This document shows positions 22,545-31,241 of a stretch of DNA of 34,977 bases, piece after piece; within the stretch, counting starts at the first letter, position 1, and each line of letters begins with the position of its first letter. The stretch spans positions 1 through 34,977 of the forward strand of contig JAPUJD010000160.1 of NCBI GenBank assembly GCA_027296385.1. The letters are read 5' to 3'. The notes beneath the pieces were generated by a model that was not told the origin of the DNA, did no database searches, and worked only from the letters and a program-made list of their open reading frames with translations. A program made the translations under genes and the position numbers. The DNA is from Acidobacteriota bacterium (lineage in GTDB: Bacteria; Acidobacteriota; Thermoanaerobaculia; Multivoradales; JAHEKO01).

Positions 22545-23549
22545 ATGACGCAGACGGTGACCCTGATCGAGGGCGATGGCATCGGGCCCGAGGTCACGGC
22601 GTCGGCGGTGCGGGTTCTGGAGGCGTCGGGCGCCAAGCTGGACTGGGAGCGGCACGTTGCAGGCATCGAGGCGCTCGAGAAGTACGGCGATCCGCTGCCC
22701 CAGGCGATCCTGGAGTCCATCCAGCGCAACCGGGTCGCCCTCAAAGGGCCGGTGACGACGCCCGTCGGCGAGGGATTTCGCTCGGTCAACGTCCAGTTGC
22801 GCAAGGAGCTCGGGCTCTTTGCCAACCTGCGACCAGTGAAGACCTTGCCCAACGTGCCTTCGCGTTTCCAGGACGTCGACCTCGTCATCGTGCGCGAGAA
22901 CACCGAGGGTCTCTACAGCGGCATCGAGCACCAGATCGTCGACGGCGTGGTCGAGAGCATCAAAATCATCACCCGCGACGCCTCGAGGCGCATCGCCCGC
23001 TTCGCTTTCGACTATGCCCGGGCCAACGGTCGCTCGCGCGTGACGGCGGTGCACAAGGCCAACATCATGAAGTTGTCCGACGGCCTGTTCCTCGAGTGTT
23101 GCAGGGAGGTCAGCGAGGAGTATGACGACATCGGGTTCGACGAGTCGATCATCGACGCCCTGTGCATGCAGCTGGTCCTGCGCCCCGAGGGCTACGACGT
23201 TCTTGTCCTGCCCAACCTCTATGGCGACATCGTCTCTGATCTGGCGGCCGGGCTCGTAGGGGGGCTGGGCGTGACTCCGGGCGCCAACCTGGGCGAGGGG
23301 CTGGCGGTCTTCGAGGCGGTGCACGGCAGCGCCCCAGACATCGCGGGGCAGAATCTGGCCAACCCTTCGGCCATCATCCAGTCGGGTGTTCTCATGCTCG
23401 AGCACCTGGGGCTGCGCGACGAGGCCGGCCGGGTGCTCGCGGCGCTGCACGCAGTTCTTGCCTCGGGCGTTCGCACCGGCGACCTCGGGGGCACGGCCTC
23501 GACCTCGGAATTTACGGACGCCCTGCTGCGGGCGATGGAGGCTGGCTAG
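22545..23549 (+). CDS. icd: Isocitrate dehydrogenase, NAD-dependent type (beta-decarboxylating dehydrogenase family)
   Basis: 334 aa. VTAVHKANIMKLSDGLFLECCREV and LRKELGLFANLRP closely resemble IDH3-type enzymes. Homoisocitrate or isopropylmalate specificity cannot be excluded by eye. Confidence 0.8.
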   Translation: MTQTVTLIEGDGIGPEVTASAVRVLEASGAKLDWERHVAGIEALEKYGDPLPQAILESIQRNRVALKGPVTTPVGEGFRSVNVQLRKELGLFANLRPVKTLPNVPSRFQDVDLVIVRENTEGLYSGIEHQIVDGVVESIKIITRDASRRIARFAFDYARANGRSRVTAVHKANIMKLSDGLFLECCREVSEEYDDIGFDESIIDALCMQLVLRPEGYDVLVLPNLYGDIVSDLAAGLVGGLGVTPGANLGEGLAVFEAVHGSAPDIAGQNLANPSAIIQSGVLMLEHLGLRDEAGRVLAALHAVLASGVRTGDLGGTASTSEFTDALLRAMEAG

Positions 23550-23554
23550 AACGC

Positions 23555-24469
23555 ATGGCGGCGACGCTCTTCGATCCGCCGCCGGGGGATCTCGCGGCCG
23601 CGAGCGGCTCTGCGCCGCTAGCGGACCGAATGCGACCACGCCGTCTCGAGGACGTTGTTGGCCAGGACGAAGTGGTCGGCGACGCAGGGTTCCTGCGCCG
23701 CGCGGTGGCTGAGGACCGTCTGCCGTCAGTCATCTTCTGGGGTCCTCCCGGTTGCGGCAAGACGACCCTGGCCCGAATCCTCGCCGCCGAGACCGCGGCG
23801 CATTTCCTGCCCTTCAGTGCCGTGACCTCCGGCATCAAGGAGGTCAAGCAGGTCATGGCTGATGCGGCCCGTCTGCGGCGAGCCGACGGCCGCAAGACCC
23901 TGCTCTTCATCGACGAGATCCACCGCTTCAACCGAGCACAGCAGGATGCCTTCCTGCCCTATGTCGAGAGCGGCGACATCGTGCTCATGGGAGCGACCAC
24001 CGAGAATCCATCCTTCGAGCTCAACGCGGCGCTCCTGTCGCGCTGCCGGGTGCTGGCCTTGGCGCCGCTGTCGATCGAGTGCCTCCTCGACATCCAGCGG
24101 CGGGCGCTGGCGGACTCCGAGCGCGGCCTGGGAAACCGGGGGGCGGCCTTTACCGACGAGGCGCTGGAGTCGATCGCTCAGCTGGCCTCGGGCGACGCGC
24201 GCAAGGCTCTCAATCTGCTCGAGTCGGCGGCCGGTGACGTGACCGACACGGCCGCCGAGGTGACGGCCGACCGGATCGCGGAGATCGCGCAGCGCAAGGT
24301 GTTGCTCTACGACAAGGCCGGCGAGGAGCACTTCAACTGCTTGCCCGATGCTCTGGCCGGCGAGCGCTTCTACACCCCCAAGGGCGAGGGCTTCGAGGCC
24401 GAGCTCAGCCAGCGACTCGAACGGTTCCGCCAGCTCAGGTCACGGGCCATCGCGCGTCGCCAGAGCTGA
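23555..24469 (+). CDS. rarA: Replication-associated recombination protein A (RarA/MgsA), atypically short
   Basis: Motifs are LADRMRP..L.DVVGQ, Walker A GPPGCGKTT, Walker B LFIDEIHRFN, sensor GATTENPSFELN and the lid GDARKALNLLE. At 304 aa the sequence jumps from YDKAGEEHFN straight to the extreme C-terminal LPDAL.GERFY.P..G.E motif. Confidence 0.8.
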   Translation: MAATLFDPPPGDLAAASGSAPLADRMRPRRLEDVVGQDEVVGDAGFLRRAVAEDRLPSVIFWGPPGCGKTTLARILAAETAAHFLPFSAVTSGIKEVKQVMADAARLRRADGRKTLLFIDEIHRFNRAQQDAFLPYVESGDIVLMGATTENPSFELNAALLSRCRVLALAPLSIECLLDIQRRALADSERGLGNRGAAFTDEALESIAQLASGDARKALNLLESAAGDVTDTAAEVTADRIAEIAQRKVLLYDKAGEEHFNCLPDALAGERFYTPKGEGFEAELSQRLERFRQLRSRAIARRQS

Positions 24470-26936
24470 CGGGACGCACGTAGCGCTCGAAGAGGTCGTA
24501 GATCCGGCGGTACTCGTTGAGCCAGCTCGAAGGCTCGCGGAAGCCGTGTGGCTCGACCGGAAAGAGGGCGGTCTCGAAGTCGGTCTTCTCGAGCTCGATC
24601 AGGCGCTGGACCAGCCGGACGGTGTCCTGGAAGAAGACGTTGTCGTCGAGCATTGGGGCGCAGATCAGTAGCGGTTTCTCGAGGCCGCCGGCGAACTCGA
24701 TCGGCGAGCTTCGCGCGTAGGCCTCCGGGTCGATCTCCGGCGTGTTGAGGATGTTCGAAGTGTAGCCGTGGTTGTAGTGGGCCCAGTCGGTCACCGGTCG
24801 CAGGGCGGCGCCGGCGGCGAAGAGAGCGGGATCCTTGAATAGCGCCATCATGACCATGAAGCCGCCGTAGGAGCCCCCATAGACGCCGATGCGCTCGGGG
24901 TCGACGCCGTGCTCGCTCACCAGCCATGTGACCCCGTCCTGCAGATCCTCGAGCTCTGGAGTTCCCATCCGGCGGTAGATGGCGGTGCGCCAGTCCCGCC
25001 CGTAACCGGCCGAGGCGCGGTAGTCCATGTCGAGAACCACGTAGCCCCGGCGGCTCAGCAGCGTGTGGAACATGAACTCCCGGAAGTAGCCCGACCACCC
25101 TTGATGGGCGTTCTGGAGATAGCCGGCGCCGTGGATGAACATCACGGCGGGGCGTTGGGTCCCCGGCGCTCCGGCGCCAGCCGGGGGCAGATAGAGGCGA
25201 GAGTAGATGCCTCGCTCGGCATGGGTCGAGGGGATCTCGACGATAGAGGGCTCGGTCCAATCGACGGCGAGGAAGGCCTCGCTGGTGGTCGTCGTCGCAC
25301 GCGTAGCGGTCGCGCCGGCGACCGCCCGCTGGACGTAGAGCTCCGGCGGCAGGAGGGTGGTGGAGTGCTCGATCAGGAGATGGCTGCCATCGTGGGAGAG
25401 CACGGCCGAATTCATGCCTCCCAGAGTCGTGACGCGCTGCGATTCGCCCTCGTGGAGGTCGACGCGGTAGATCTCGTAGACCCCTGGCTGCTCGGCGTTG
25501 GCGCGATAGTAGATCGCCTGGCCGTCATGCGTCAGCTGGGGCTGGGAGACGGCGAAGGCGCCCCCTGCCAGCCGCGTGGGCGGGCCGCCGGCCGGGCTCA
25601 TGGTGTAGAGGCCCGAGTAGCCCCCCTCCTCCGACAGGTAGTAGAGGGTCTCGTCGTCGAGCAGCCAACCGAAATCGTTGTAGCGCCAGTTGATCCAGGC
25701 CGGGTCGTGCAGATGGTGGAGTGGGCGTAGGGCTGTGGATTCGAAGTCGACCGTGGCGAGCCAGCGATCCTTGTTGTCGAGCGAGCGCAGCAGGAGTGCG
25801 AGGTGGGCGCCATCACGGCTCCAGCGAGCATCCAGGAGGCGAACAGGTCGCGGCTCGGGTTCTGGCGTCTCCTCGTCTTGACTCGCTGTCTTGGCTTTGC
25901 GACGCCGCTTCCTCTTCGGCTCCGGTGCAGGTACGGTCTCGGCGGCCTCGCTCCCCTCGGCGTCACGCGCCGCCGCCGCCGCGCGGAGCTCGGCCAGCGG
26001 GTCTTCGTCGATCCCGGGCAGCACGGCGAGGTCGAGCTCGTGCTGCACGTGCTGCTCGAGGTCGAGCAGCAACAGCGCCTCGCCCACGGGGTCGGCGCTG
26101 CCCACCTTGACTCGAACGTCGCGCGTCTCGACGTCGCCGCTTTCGGTCACCCACACCGGCATCGGCGTGCGCTCGCCGAGGTTACGCTCGGCCGGCAACG
26201 TGCCGAGTAGTAGCCAGCGCCCATTGGGTGATAGCGAAGCGAGGCTGATCTCGACCTCGGCGCCGAGATAGAAGGGCAAGGGAGCCCGGCTCGGATCGGC
26301 CGCCTGCTCAGCGCGCTCCCGCTCCTCGGCGGCGTCGCGCTTCTCCTTCTGGCTGCGGATGTAGTCGAGGAGACGTTCTTGCTGGGCGGCGAGAAAGGAG
26401 AGGTCGTCCTTCTCGGCCTCCGGGTCGTCTTCGAGTCGAACGTCGGCGATCTGGTACTCGAGCCCGGTATCGAGCTGGCGCACGAAGAAAGTGTCGTCGC
26501 GTTCGAAGGCCACGGCGCTGCCGTCAGCCATGAAGAACGGATCCCGCTCGGGCGCGACCGTGCGGGTCAACTGCCGGATCTCGCCGCTCGAGAGGTCCTT
26601 GAGATAGATGTCTCCGTGGCGCGAGTAGACCTTGCGCGAGAAATCCCGCGAGAAAGAGCCACCGTCGACGTCGGCCGAGCCGCGATCGGGATCGGCAACG
26701 GTGCGCATGGGCTCGCCGGCAAGCGAAACCTGATGCAGCTCGCGTTCCTCGCTGCCCTCCACCTTGCGCTCGTAGTAGAAGGAGTTGCCGTCGTCGGCCC
26801 AGTAGAAGTTCTCCGGCGCGCGGCCGAGCCAGTCGGGATGCGCCATGATCTTCTCCAGCGAGACCTCGGTATCGGCCGCGGCGAATGCCGGAAGAAGAGC
26901 GGTACACAGAGCGAAGAGGAAACGGTGTCGGTGCAT
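24435..26936 (-). CDS. Secreted S9-family serine peptidase (DPP IV / prolyl oligopeptidase-like)
   Basis: The track ORF extends to 27125. I place the start at the ATG (complement of 26934-26936), which gives the signal peptide MHRHRFLFALCTALLPAFAAA. The N-terminal region looks like a beta-propeller. The C-terminal alpha/beta hydrolase carries the nucleophile GVYGGSYGG, Asp in MLDDNV and His in EPHGF. Confidence 0.85.
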   Translation of the reverse strand: MHRHRFLFALCTALLPAFAAADTEVSLEKIMAHPDWLGRAPENFYWADDGNSFYYERKVEGSEERELHQVSLAGEPMRTVADPDRGSADVDGGSFSRDFSRKVYSRHGDIYLKDLSSGEIRQLTRTVAPERDPFFMADGSAVAFERDDTFFVRQLDTGLEYQIADVRLEDDPEAEKDDLSFLAAQQERLLDYIRSQKEKRDAAEERERAEQAADPSRAPLPFYLGAEVEISLASLSPNGRWLLLGTLPAERNLGERTPMPVWVTESGDVETRDVRVKVGSADPVGEALLLLDLEQHVQHELDLAVLPGIDEDPLAELRAAAAARDAEGSEAAETVPAPEPKRKRRRKAKTASQDEETPEPEPRPVRLLDARWSRDGAHLALLLRSLDNKDRWLATVDFESTALRPLHHLHDPAWINWRYNDFGWLLDDETLYYLSEEGGYSGLYTMSPAGGPPTRLAGGAFAVSQPQLTHDGQAIYYRANAEQPGVYEIYRVDLHEGESQRVTTLGGMNSAVLSHDGSHLLIEHSTTLLPPELYVQRAVAGATATRATTTTSEAFLAVDWTEPSIVEIPSTHAERGIYSRLYLPPAGAGAPGTQRPAVMFIHGAGYLQNAHQGWSGYFREFMFHTLLSRRGYVVLDMDYRASAGYGRDWRTAIYRRMGTPELEDLQDGVTWLVSEHGVDPERIGVYGGSYGGFMVMMALFKDPALFAAGAALRPVTDWAHYNHGYTSNILNTPEIDPEAYARSSPIEFAGGLEKPLLICAPMLDDNVFFQDTVRLVQRLIELEKTDFETALFPVEPHGFREPSSWLNEYRRIYDLFERYVRPVSSGDARWPVT

Positions 26937-26959
26937 CGGAGGCCTCGGGCGGGTAGCGA

Positions 26960-28108
26960 ATGGTTGGGGTACCATGCCACAGAATGGGCTCGTTGGCACA
27001 TAGGGCGCGGGCCGCTGGGCGGCGTTCGAGCCTCCGGCGCCGAGTCGCGACGCTCCTGCCCATCCTGCTCGTGGTCCTGCTGACGGCCTGCCGCCTGGCA
27101 TCAGAGAGGCTTCGTGAGGCCGCACCGAGCATCAGCCGGATTGCCTTCGGCTCCTGCGCCCATCAGGCGTACCCACAACCGATCTGGGACGCGGTCCTGG
27201 CGGCCGAGCCGGAGCTCTTCATCTTTGTCGGCGACAACATCTACGCCGACACCGCCGACATGCGGCTCATGCGCCAGGCGTACGAGCGTCAGCGAGCGAA
27301 CCCCGGCTGGCAGCGGCTCTTCGCTGCGACCGAAGTCCTGGCGACCTGGGACGATCACGATTTCGGGCTCAACGACGGCGGCGCCGATTTCGTCGCCAAA
27401 GAGGCCTCGAAGGAGGAGTTCGTACGCTTCTTCGGCGTGCCCGAGGGCGCTCCTCTGCGGCATCGTCCAGGGATCTATTCCGCTCGGGTGATGGGGCCGC
27501 CTGGCCGGCGGTTGCAGGTCATCCTCCTCGATACTCGAACCTTCCGCGGCCCGCTGAGGCGCCGTCCCGGCAACGCCGAGGACTCGATCCATGGGCGCTA
27601 CCTGCGGCAGACGGACCCCGGTGTGACGCTGCTCGGCGATGCACAGTGGAGATGGTTGGAGGCGCAGCTGCAGCGGCCCGCCGAGTTACGGCTGCTGGTG
27701 TCGAGCATTCAGCTCGTCGCCGACGACCACGGCTGGGAGAAGTGGGGCAACCTGCCGCGCGAGCGGGCACGCCTCCTCGCGCTCCTGCGCTCTACCGGCG
27801 CCGGTGGCGTCGTCGTTCTCTCCGGCGATCGCCATCTGGCCGAGATCTCGCGCCTGGACTCGGTCGCAGAGGTCGGCTACCCGCTCTACGACGTGACGGC
27901 CAGCGGCCTCAATCGGAGTGGCGGCGGCTACGATGGCGAGCCCAACCGTCACCGGGTAGGGCGAGGCAACTTCCGGCGCGAGAACTTCGGCTGGATCGAG
28001 GTCGACTGGAGCCTCGAAGATCCCTCGATTCGGCTCGAGATCCGTGATGTCAACGGCCGTCCGGCTCTGTCCGCAGTCGTGCGGCTGAGTGATCTCTCCC
28101 CGTCATGA
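26960..28108 (+). CDS. PhoD-like alkaline phosphatase/phosphodiesterase, probable exported lipoprotein
   Basis: Metallophosphatase motifs are IAFGSC, FIFVGDNIYAD, TWDDHDFG and VVLSGDRH. The N-terminus has RRSSLRRRVATLLPILLVVLLTAC, an Arg-rich n-region followed by an L-T-A-C lipobox. An alternative in-frame ATG lies at 26984. Confidence 0.8.
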   Translation: MVGVPCHRMGSLAHRARAAGRRSSLRRRVATLLPILLVVLLTACRLASERLREAAPSISRIAFGSCAHQAYPQPIWDAVLAAEPELFIFVGDNIYADTADMRLMRQAYERQRANPGWQRLFAATEVLATWDDHDFGLNDGGADFVAKEASKEEFVRFFGVPEGAPLRHRPGIYSARVMGPPGRRLQVILLDTRTFRGPLRRRPGNAEDSIHGRYLRQTDPGVTLLGDAQWRWLEAQLQRPAELRLLVSSIQLVADDHGWEKWGNLPRERARLLALLRSTGAGGVVVLSGDRHLAEISRLDSVAEVGYPLYDVTASGLNRSGGGYDGEPNRHRVGRGNFRRENFGWIEVDWSLEDPSIRLEIRDVNGRPALSAVVRLSDLSPS

Positions 28109-28139
28109 GCTCCGACTTGGCGGATTGGGCGACCCTCGG

Positions 28140-29918
28140 CTAACCCGAGCTAGCCGCGGTTGCCCGCACCGCGTCGAGGACGGCCTCCTTGGTCAGCAGC
28201 TCGCCGAAGAGGAGGGGCTCGGCGCCGGGGCGGTAGAGCAGGTAGAAGGGAATTCCGTAGCGTCCGTGGTCGGCCAGAAAGGCGGCGATCGAGTCGTCGC
28301 GATTGGTCCAGTCGGCCTTCATGGCGATCACCGAGTGCTCGGTGAAGGCCGCCGCGATCTCCGACGTCTCGAGCACGAGCCGCTCGTTGACCTTGCAGGT
28401 GAAGCACCAGTCGGCGGTGACGTCGACGAAGACCAGGCGGCCTTCGTCCCGCAGCGCCTCGGCCGCGGTTCGTTCGAATGGGATCCAGTCGATGAGGCCA
28501 GCGGTCTCGGTGGCGGCGAGAGCGGCCCGACTGCCGCCGCTGCCCCCCGTCGCCAGGACCAAGGTCGCCGCGATGGCGGCCAGCGTGGCGAGAGTGGCGG
28601 CCACCTTGCCGAAGGTGGTCTTGGCGGCGCGGTGGCGCAGCCAGATGAATGCCGCCATCGCCAGCAGGGCGAGCTCGACGAAGGCCACCCGTTCGGCAGG
28701 CACCTGGGCCGAGAGCACGTAGAAGAGCCAGATTGCAGTGGCGGCGAGCAAGAAGCCCATCACGGTCTTCAGCGTGTCCATCCAGGCGCCGGGCTTGGGC
28801 AGTAGCCTGGAGGTCCCGGGGAAGAGCGCCAGGGCGAGATAGGGCAAGGCCATGCCTATACCGATGGCGGTGAAGATGGCGAAGATAGTGGTCGGTGGCT
28901 GAGCGAGGCCGAAGCCGACCGCCGTGCCCAGGAAGGGTGCCGAGCATGGTGTCGCCATGAGGGTCGCGAAGAGGCCTGAAGCGAGATGCCCCCCCAGGCC
29001 TTCGGCCGAGGAGCCGGCGGCGGCGTTGGCCAGCCGCCGGGGCAGCGGGATCTCGAATAGCCCCCAGAGGTTGAGGGTGAAGAGCAGGACAATGACCGCC
29101 AGAGCGGCGACGAAGCCCGGCTCCTGGAACTGCACTCCCCAGCCCACGGCTGCGCCGGCCGACTTGGCGGCGATCGCCGCCGCGGCGAGGGCCCAGAACG
29201 ACAGTAGGATCCCCAAGGAAGTGGCCAGGGCTCCCAGCGTCACGGAGCGCCGACCCTGCCCGGCGCTCTTGACCAGGCCGAGGAGCTTGAGCGAGAGCAC
29301 GGGTAGCACGCATGGCATCGCGTTGAGGATCAGGCCGCCGACGAGACCGAGCAGCAGCATCCAGGCGAGCGAAGTCTGGGGTCGGGCAGACGCGCTGGCG
29401 GCCGGGACCTCGGGCTCGGTCGACTCGCCACCGCTGCCGATCCCGAGCGTGACCTCCAGGGTTTCCGTCACCGGTGGCAAGCAGGAACGATCGTCGCAGG
29501 CCTGGTAGGTCAGCCGGAGCCCGGTCCTGGCTTCGCCTTCGACCGCGTCGGACGGCACGCGCAAGTAGGCCACCAGAACGACCTCGCCCTCGTAGACTGA
29601 CAGCGGCTGCTCCTCGAACGAAAAGGTCTTGAGCTTGCCGGCCGGGTAGTCGATCCGCTCGACCTCCCAACCCGCCGGCGCCTCCACCTCCAGCACGGTC
29701 GGGATCAGATACTCGAAGGTCGGCTCGTGGCTGTTGGTGTGCCAGCCGGCCTCGATCGTCATCCAGACGTCGAGTCGGGCGACCTCGCCCGCGGCGAAGG
29801 CCGTGCGCTCGGGCACGGCGTTGACGGTGGCCTTCTTGACCAGAAACGACTGGGCGGAGACGGCACCAGCGATGACCAAAAGGGCGGTCGCCAAAGCGTA
29901 GAGTCGGTTCGTTCGCAT
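28140..29918 (-). CDS. dsbD: Thiol:disulfide interchange protein DsbD (protein-disulfide reductase)
   Basis: Only the C-terminal 592 aa of the 1006-aa track ORF is credible. The ATG is the complement of 29916-29918. Evidence includes the signal peptide MRTNRLYALATALLVIAGAVSA, an N-terminal domain with YQACDDRSC, TM cysteines in NAMPCVLP and ATPCSAPF, and a C-terminal thioredoxin fold with WCFTCK. Confidence 0.85.
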   Translation of the reverse strand: MRTNRLYALATALLVIAGAVSAQSFLVKKATVNAVPERTAFAAGEVARLDVWMTIEAGWHTNSHEPTFEYLIPTVLEVEAPAGWEVERIDYPAGKLKTFSFEEQPLSVYEGEVVLVAYLRVPSDAVEGEARTGLRLTYQACDDRSCLPPVTETLEVTLGIGSGGESTEPEVPAASASARPQTSLAWMLLLGLVGGLILNAMPCVLPVLSLKLLGLVKSAGQGRRSVTLGALATSLGILLSFWALAAAAIAAKSAGAAVGWGVQFQEPGFVAALAVIVLLFTLNLWGLFEIPLPRRLANAAAGSSAEGLGGHLASGLFATLMATPCSAPFLGTAVGFGLAQPPTTIFAIFTAIGIGMALPYLALALFPGTSRLLPKPGAWMDTLKTVMGFLLAATAIWLFYVLSAQVPAERVAFVELALLAMAAFIWLRHRAAKTTFGKVAATLATLAAIAATLVLATGGSGGSRAALAATETAGLIDWIPFERTAAEALRDEGRLVFVDVTADWCFTCKVNERLVLETSEIAAAFTEHSVIAMKADWTNRDDSIAAFLADHGRYGIPFYLLYRPGAEPLLFGELLTKEAVLDAVRATAASSG

Positions 29919-30041
29919 GATCGATGGCCACCCCGGAGAGCCGCCGGCGAATCTTAGCGTAGTGTTGCCCTTGGAGACATCGCGCCGGCGAGCGAGTCTC
30001 GGATTCGTTGTATTCTCGTCGCGGGAGGGACGTTCCGGGTC

Positions 30042-31241
30042 ATGACCGATGCCACCAGCCAGCAGACGAGACTCTCCCGCCGGGCAGCCGGCATCGGAGA
30101 GTCGGCCACTCTCGGGGTCTCGCGCAGAGCCAAGGAGCTGGCCGCGCAGGGGGTCGCGATCGTCGACTTGAGCGCCGGCGAGCCCGACTTTCCGTCGCCG
30201 GCCTGCGCGATCGAGGCGGCACGCGCCGCCTTGGCCGAGGGCTTCACCCGCTACACCGCCGCTGCCGGGATCCCGGAGCTGCGAGCGGCCTTGGCCGAGC
30301 GCTACGCCGGCGCCCACGGGAGCCCCTGGCGCAGCTCCGACGTGATGGTCTCGGTCGGTGGCAAGGGTGCGCTCTTCGAGCTTGCCCTCGCGCTCTTCGA
30401 CGACGGCGACGAGGTGGTGATTCCCAGCCCCTACTGGGTGACCTTCCCCGAGCACATCCGGTTCTGCGGCGCCCGCATGGTGACGGTGGACACCTGCGTC
30501 GTCGATGGCTTTCGTATCCACGCCGACGCCGTGCTCGCGGCCCTGACGCCGCGTACCCGGGCCATCCTGCTCAATTCCCCGTGCAACCCCACCGGCGGCA
30601 TTGTCGCGGCGGACGACCTGCGGCAGATCGTCGCCGCGGCGGCTCAGCGCGGGATCGTGGTGCTGTCGGACGAAACCTACGAGCGCTTCGTCTATGACGG
30701 TGGGCCGTATGCCAGCGTTGCCGCGCTCGCCGCCGACTACCCGGACACGGTGGTCGTCATCAGCTCTTTCTCCAAGACCTACGCCATGACCGGATGGCGC
30801 CTGGGCTACGCCCTCGGACCGCCGCAGATCATACGCGCTGCGCTCAACATCCAGAGTCATGCGACCTCGAACGCCACCTCGTTTGCAATGAAAGGGGCGC
30901 TGGCGGCGCTGGCGGGAGGGGAAGAGGAGGTGGTGCGGATGGTGGCCGAATTCGGTCGGCGTCGCGACCTGGTGAGCGCGGCCCTGGATGCGATTCCGGG
31001 CGTGAGCTGCCGACCGCCCGACGGCGCTTTCTACGTTTTCCCCAACGTCGCCTCCTGCTACGGCCCTGGTCGGCAAGGCTCCGTCGAGCTGGCGGAGTAC
31101 CTGCTCGACGGGGCGCGAGTCGCGGTGGTGCCGGGCGTCGCCTTCGGCAACGACGATCACATCCGCATCTCCTTCGCCACTTCTCGTGAGGTCTTGCGGG
31201 AGGGGCTCGGCAGGATCGCCGAAGCCCTAGGGGCTTGCTGA
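30042..31241 (+). CDS. Class I pyridoxal-phosphate-dependent aminotransferase (aspartate aminotransferase-like)
   Basis: 399 aa with VDLSAGEPDFPSP, NSPCNPTG and the PLP-lysine motif SFSKTYAMTGWRLGY. A GGGAGGGA Shine-Dalgarno lies upstream of ATG 30042. Confidence 0.9.
   Translation: MTDATSQQTRLSRRAAGIGESATLGVSRRAKELAAQGVAIVDLSAGEPDFPSPACAIEAARAALAEGFTRYTAAAGIPELRAALAERYAGAHGSPWRSSDVMVSVGGKGALFELALALFDDGDEVVIPSPYWVTFPEHIRFCGARMVTVDTCVVDGFRIHADAVLAALTPRTRAILLNSPCNPTGGIVAADDLRQIVAAAAQRGIVVLSDETYERFVYDGGPYASVAALAADYPDTVVVISSFSKTYAMTGWRLGYALGPPQIIRAALNIQSHATSNATSFAMKGALAALAGGEEEVVRMVAEFGRRRDLVSAALDAIPGVSCRPPDGAFYVFPNVASCYGPGRQGSVELAEYLLDGARVAVVPGVAFGNDDHIRISFATSREVLREGLGRIAEALGAC

Noticed and set aside
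26937-27125. 63-aa N-terminal extension of the S9 peptidase ORF.
   Set aside because: The extension is Pro/Gly/Ala-rich, overlaps the PhoD-like gene start, and precedes an internal Met that gives a canonical signal peptide.
28150-29931. 593-aa minus-strand ORF in another frame of the dsbD region.
   Set aside because: The translation is an Arg/Gly/Pro-rich alternative frame with no domains. The DsbD frame has the conserved cysteine motifs and TM segments.
29919-31160. N-terminal 414-aa extension of the 1006-aa minus-strand ORF 28140-31160.
   Set aside because: The extension is antisense to the clearly real aminotransferase gene and is Arg/Gly-rich. DsbD homology and a signal peptide begin at the internal Met (complement of 29916-29918).
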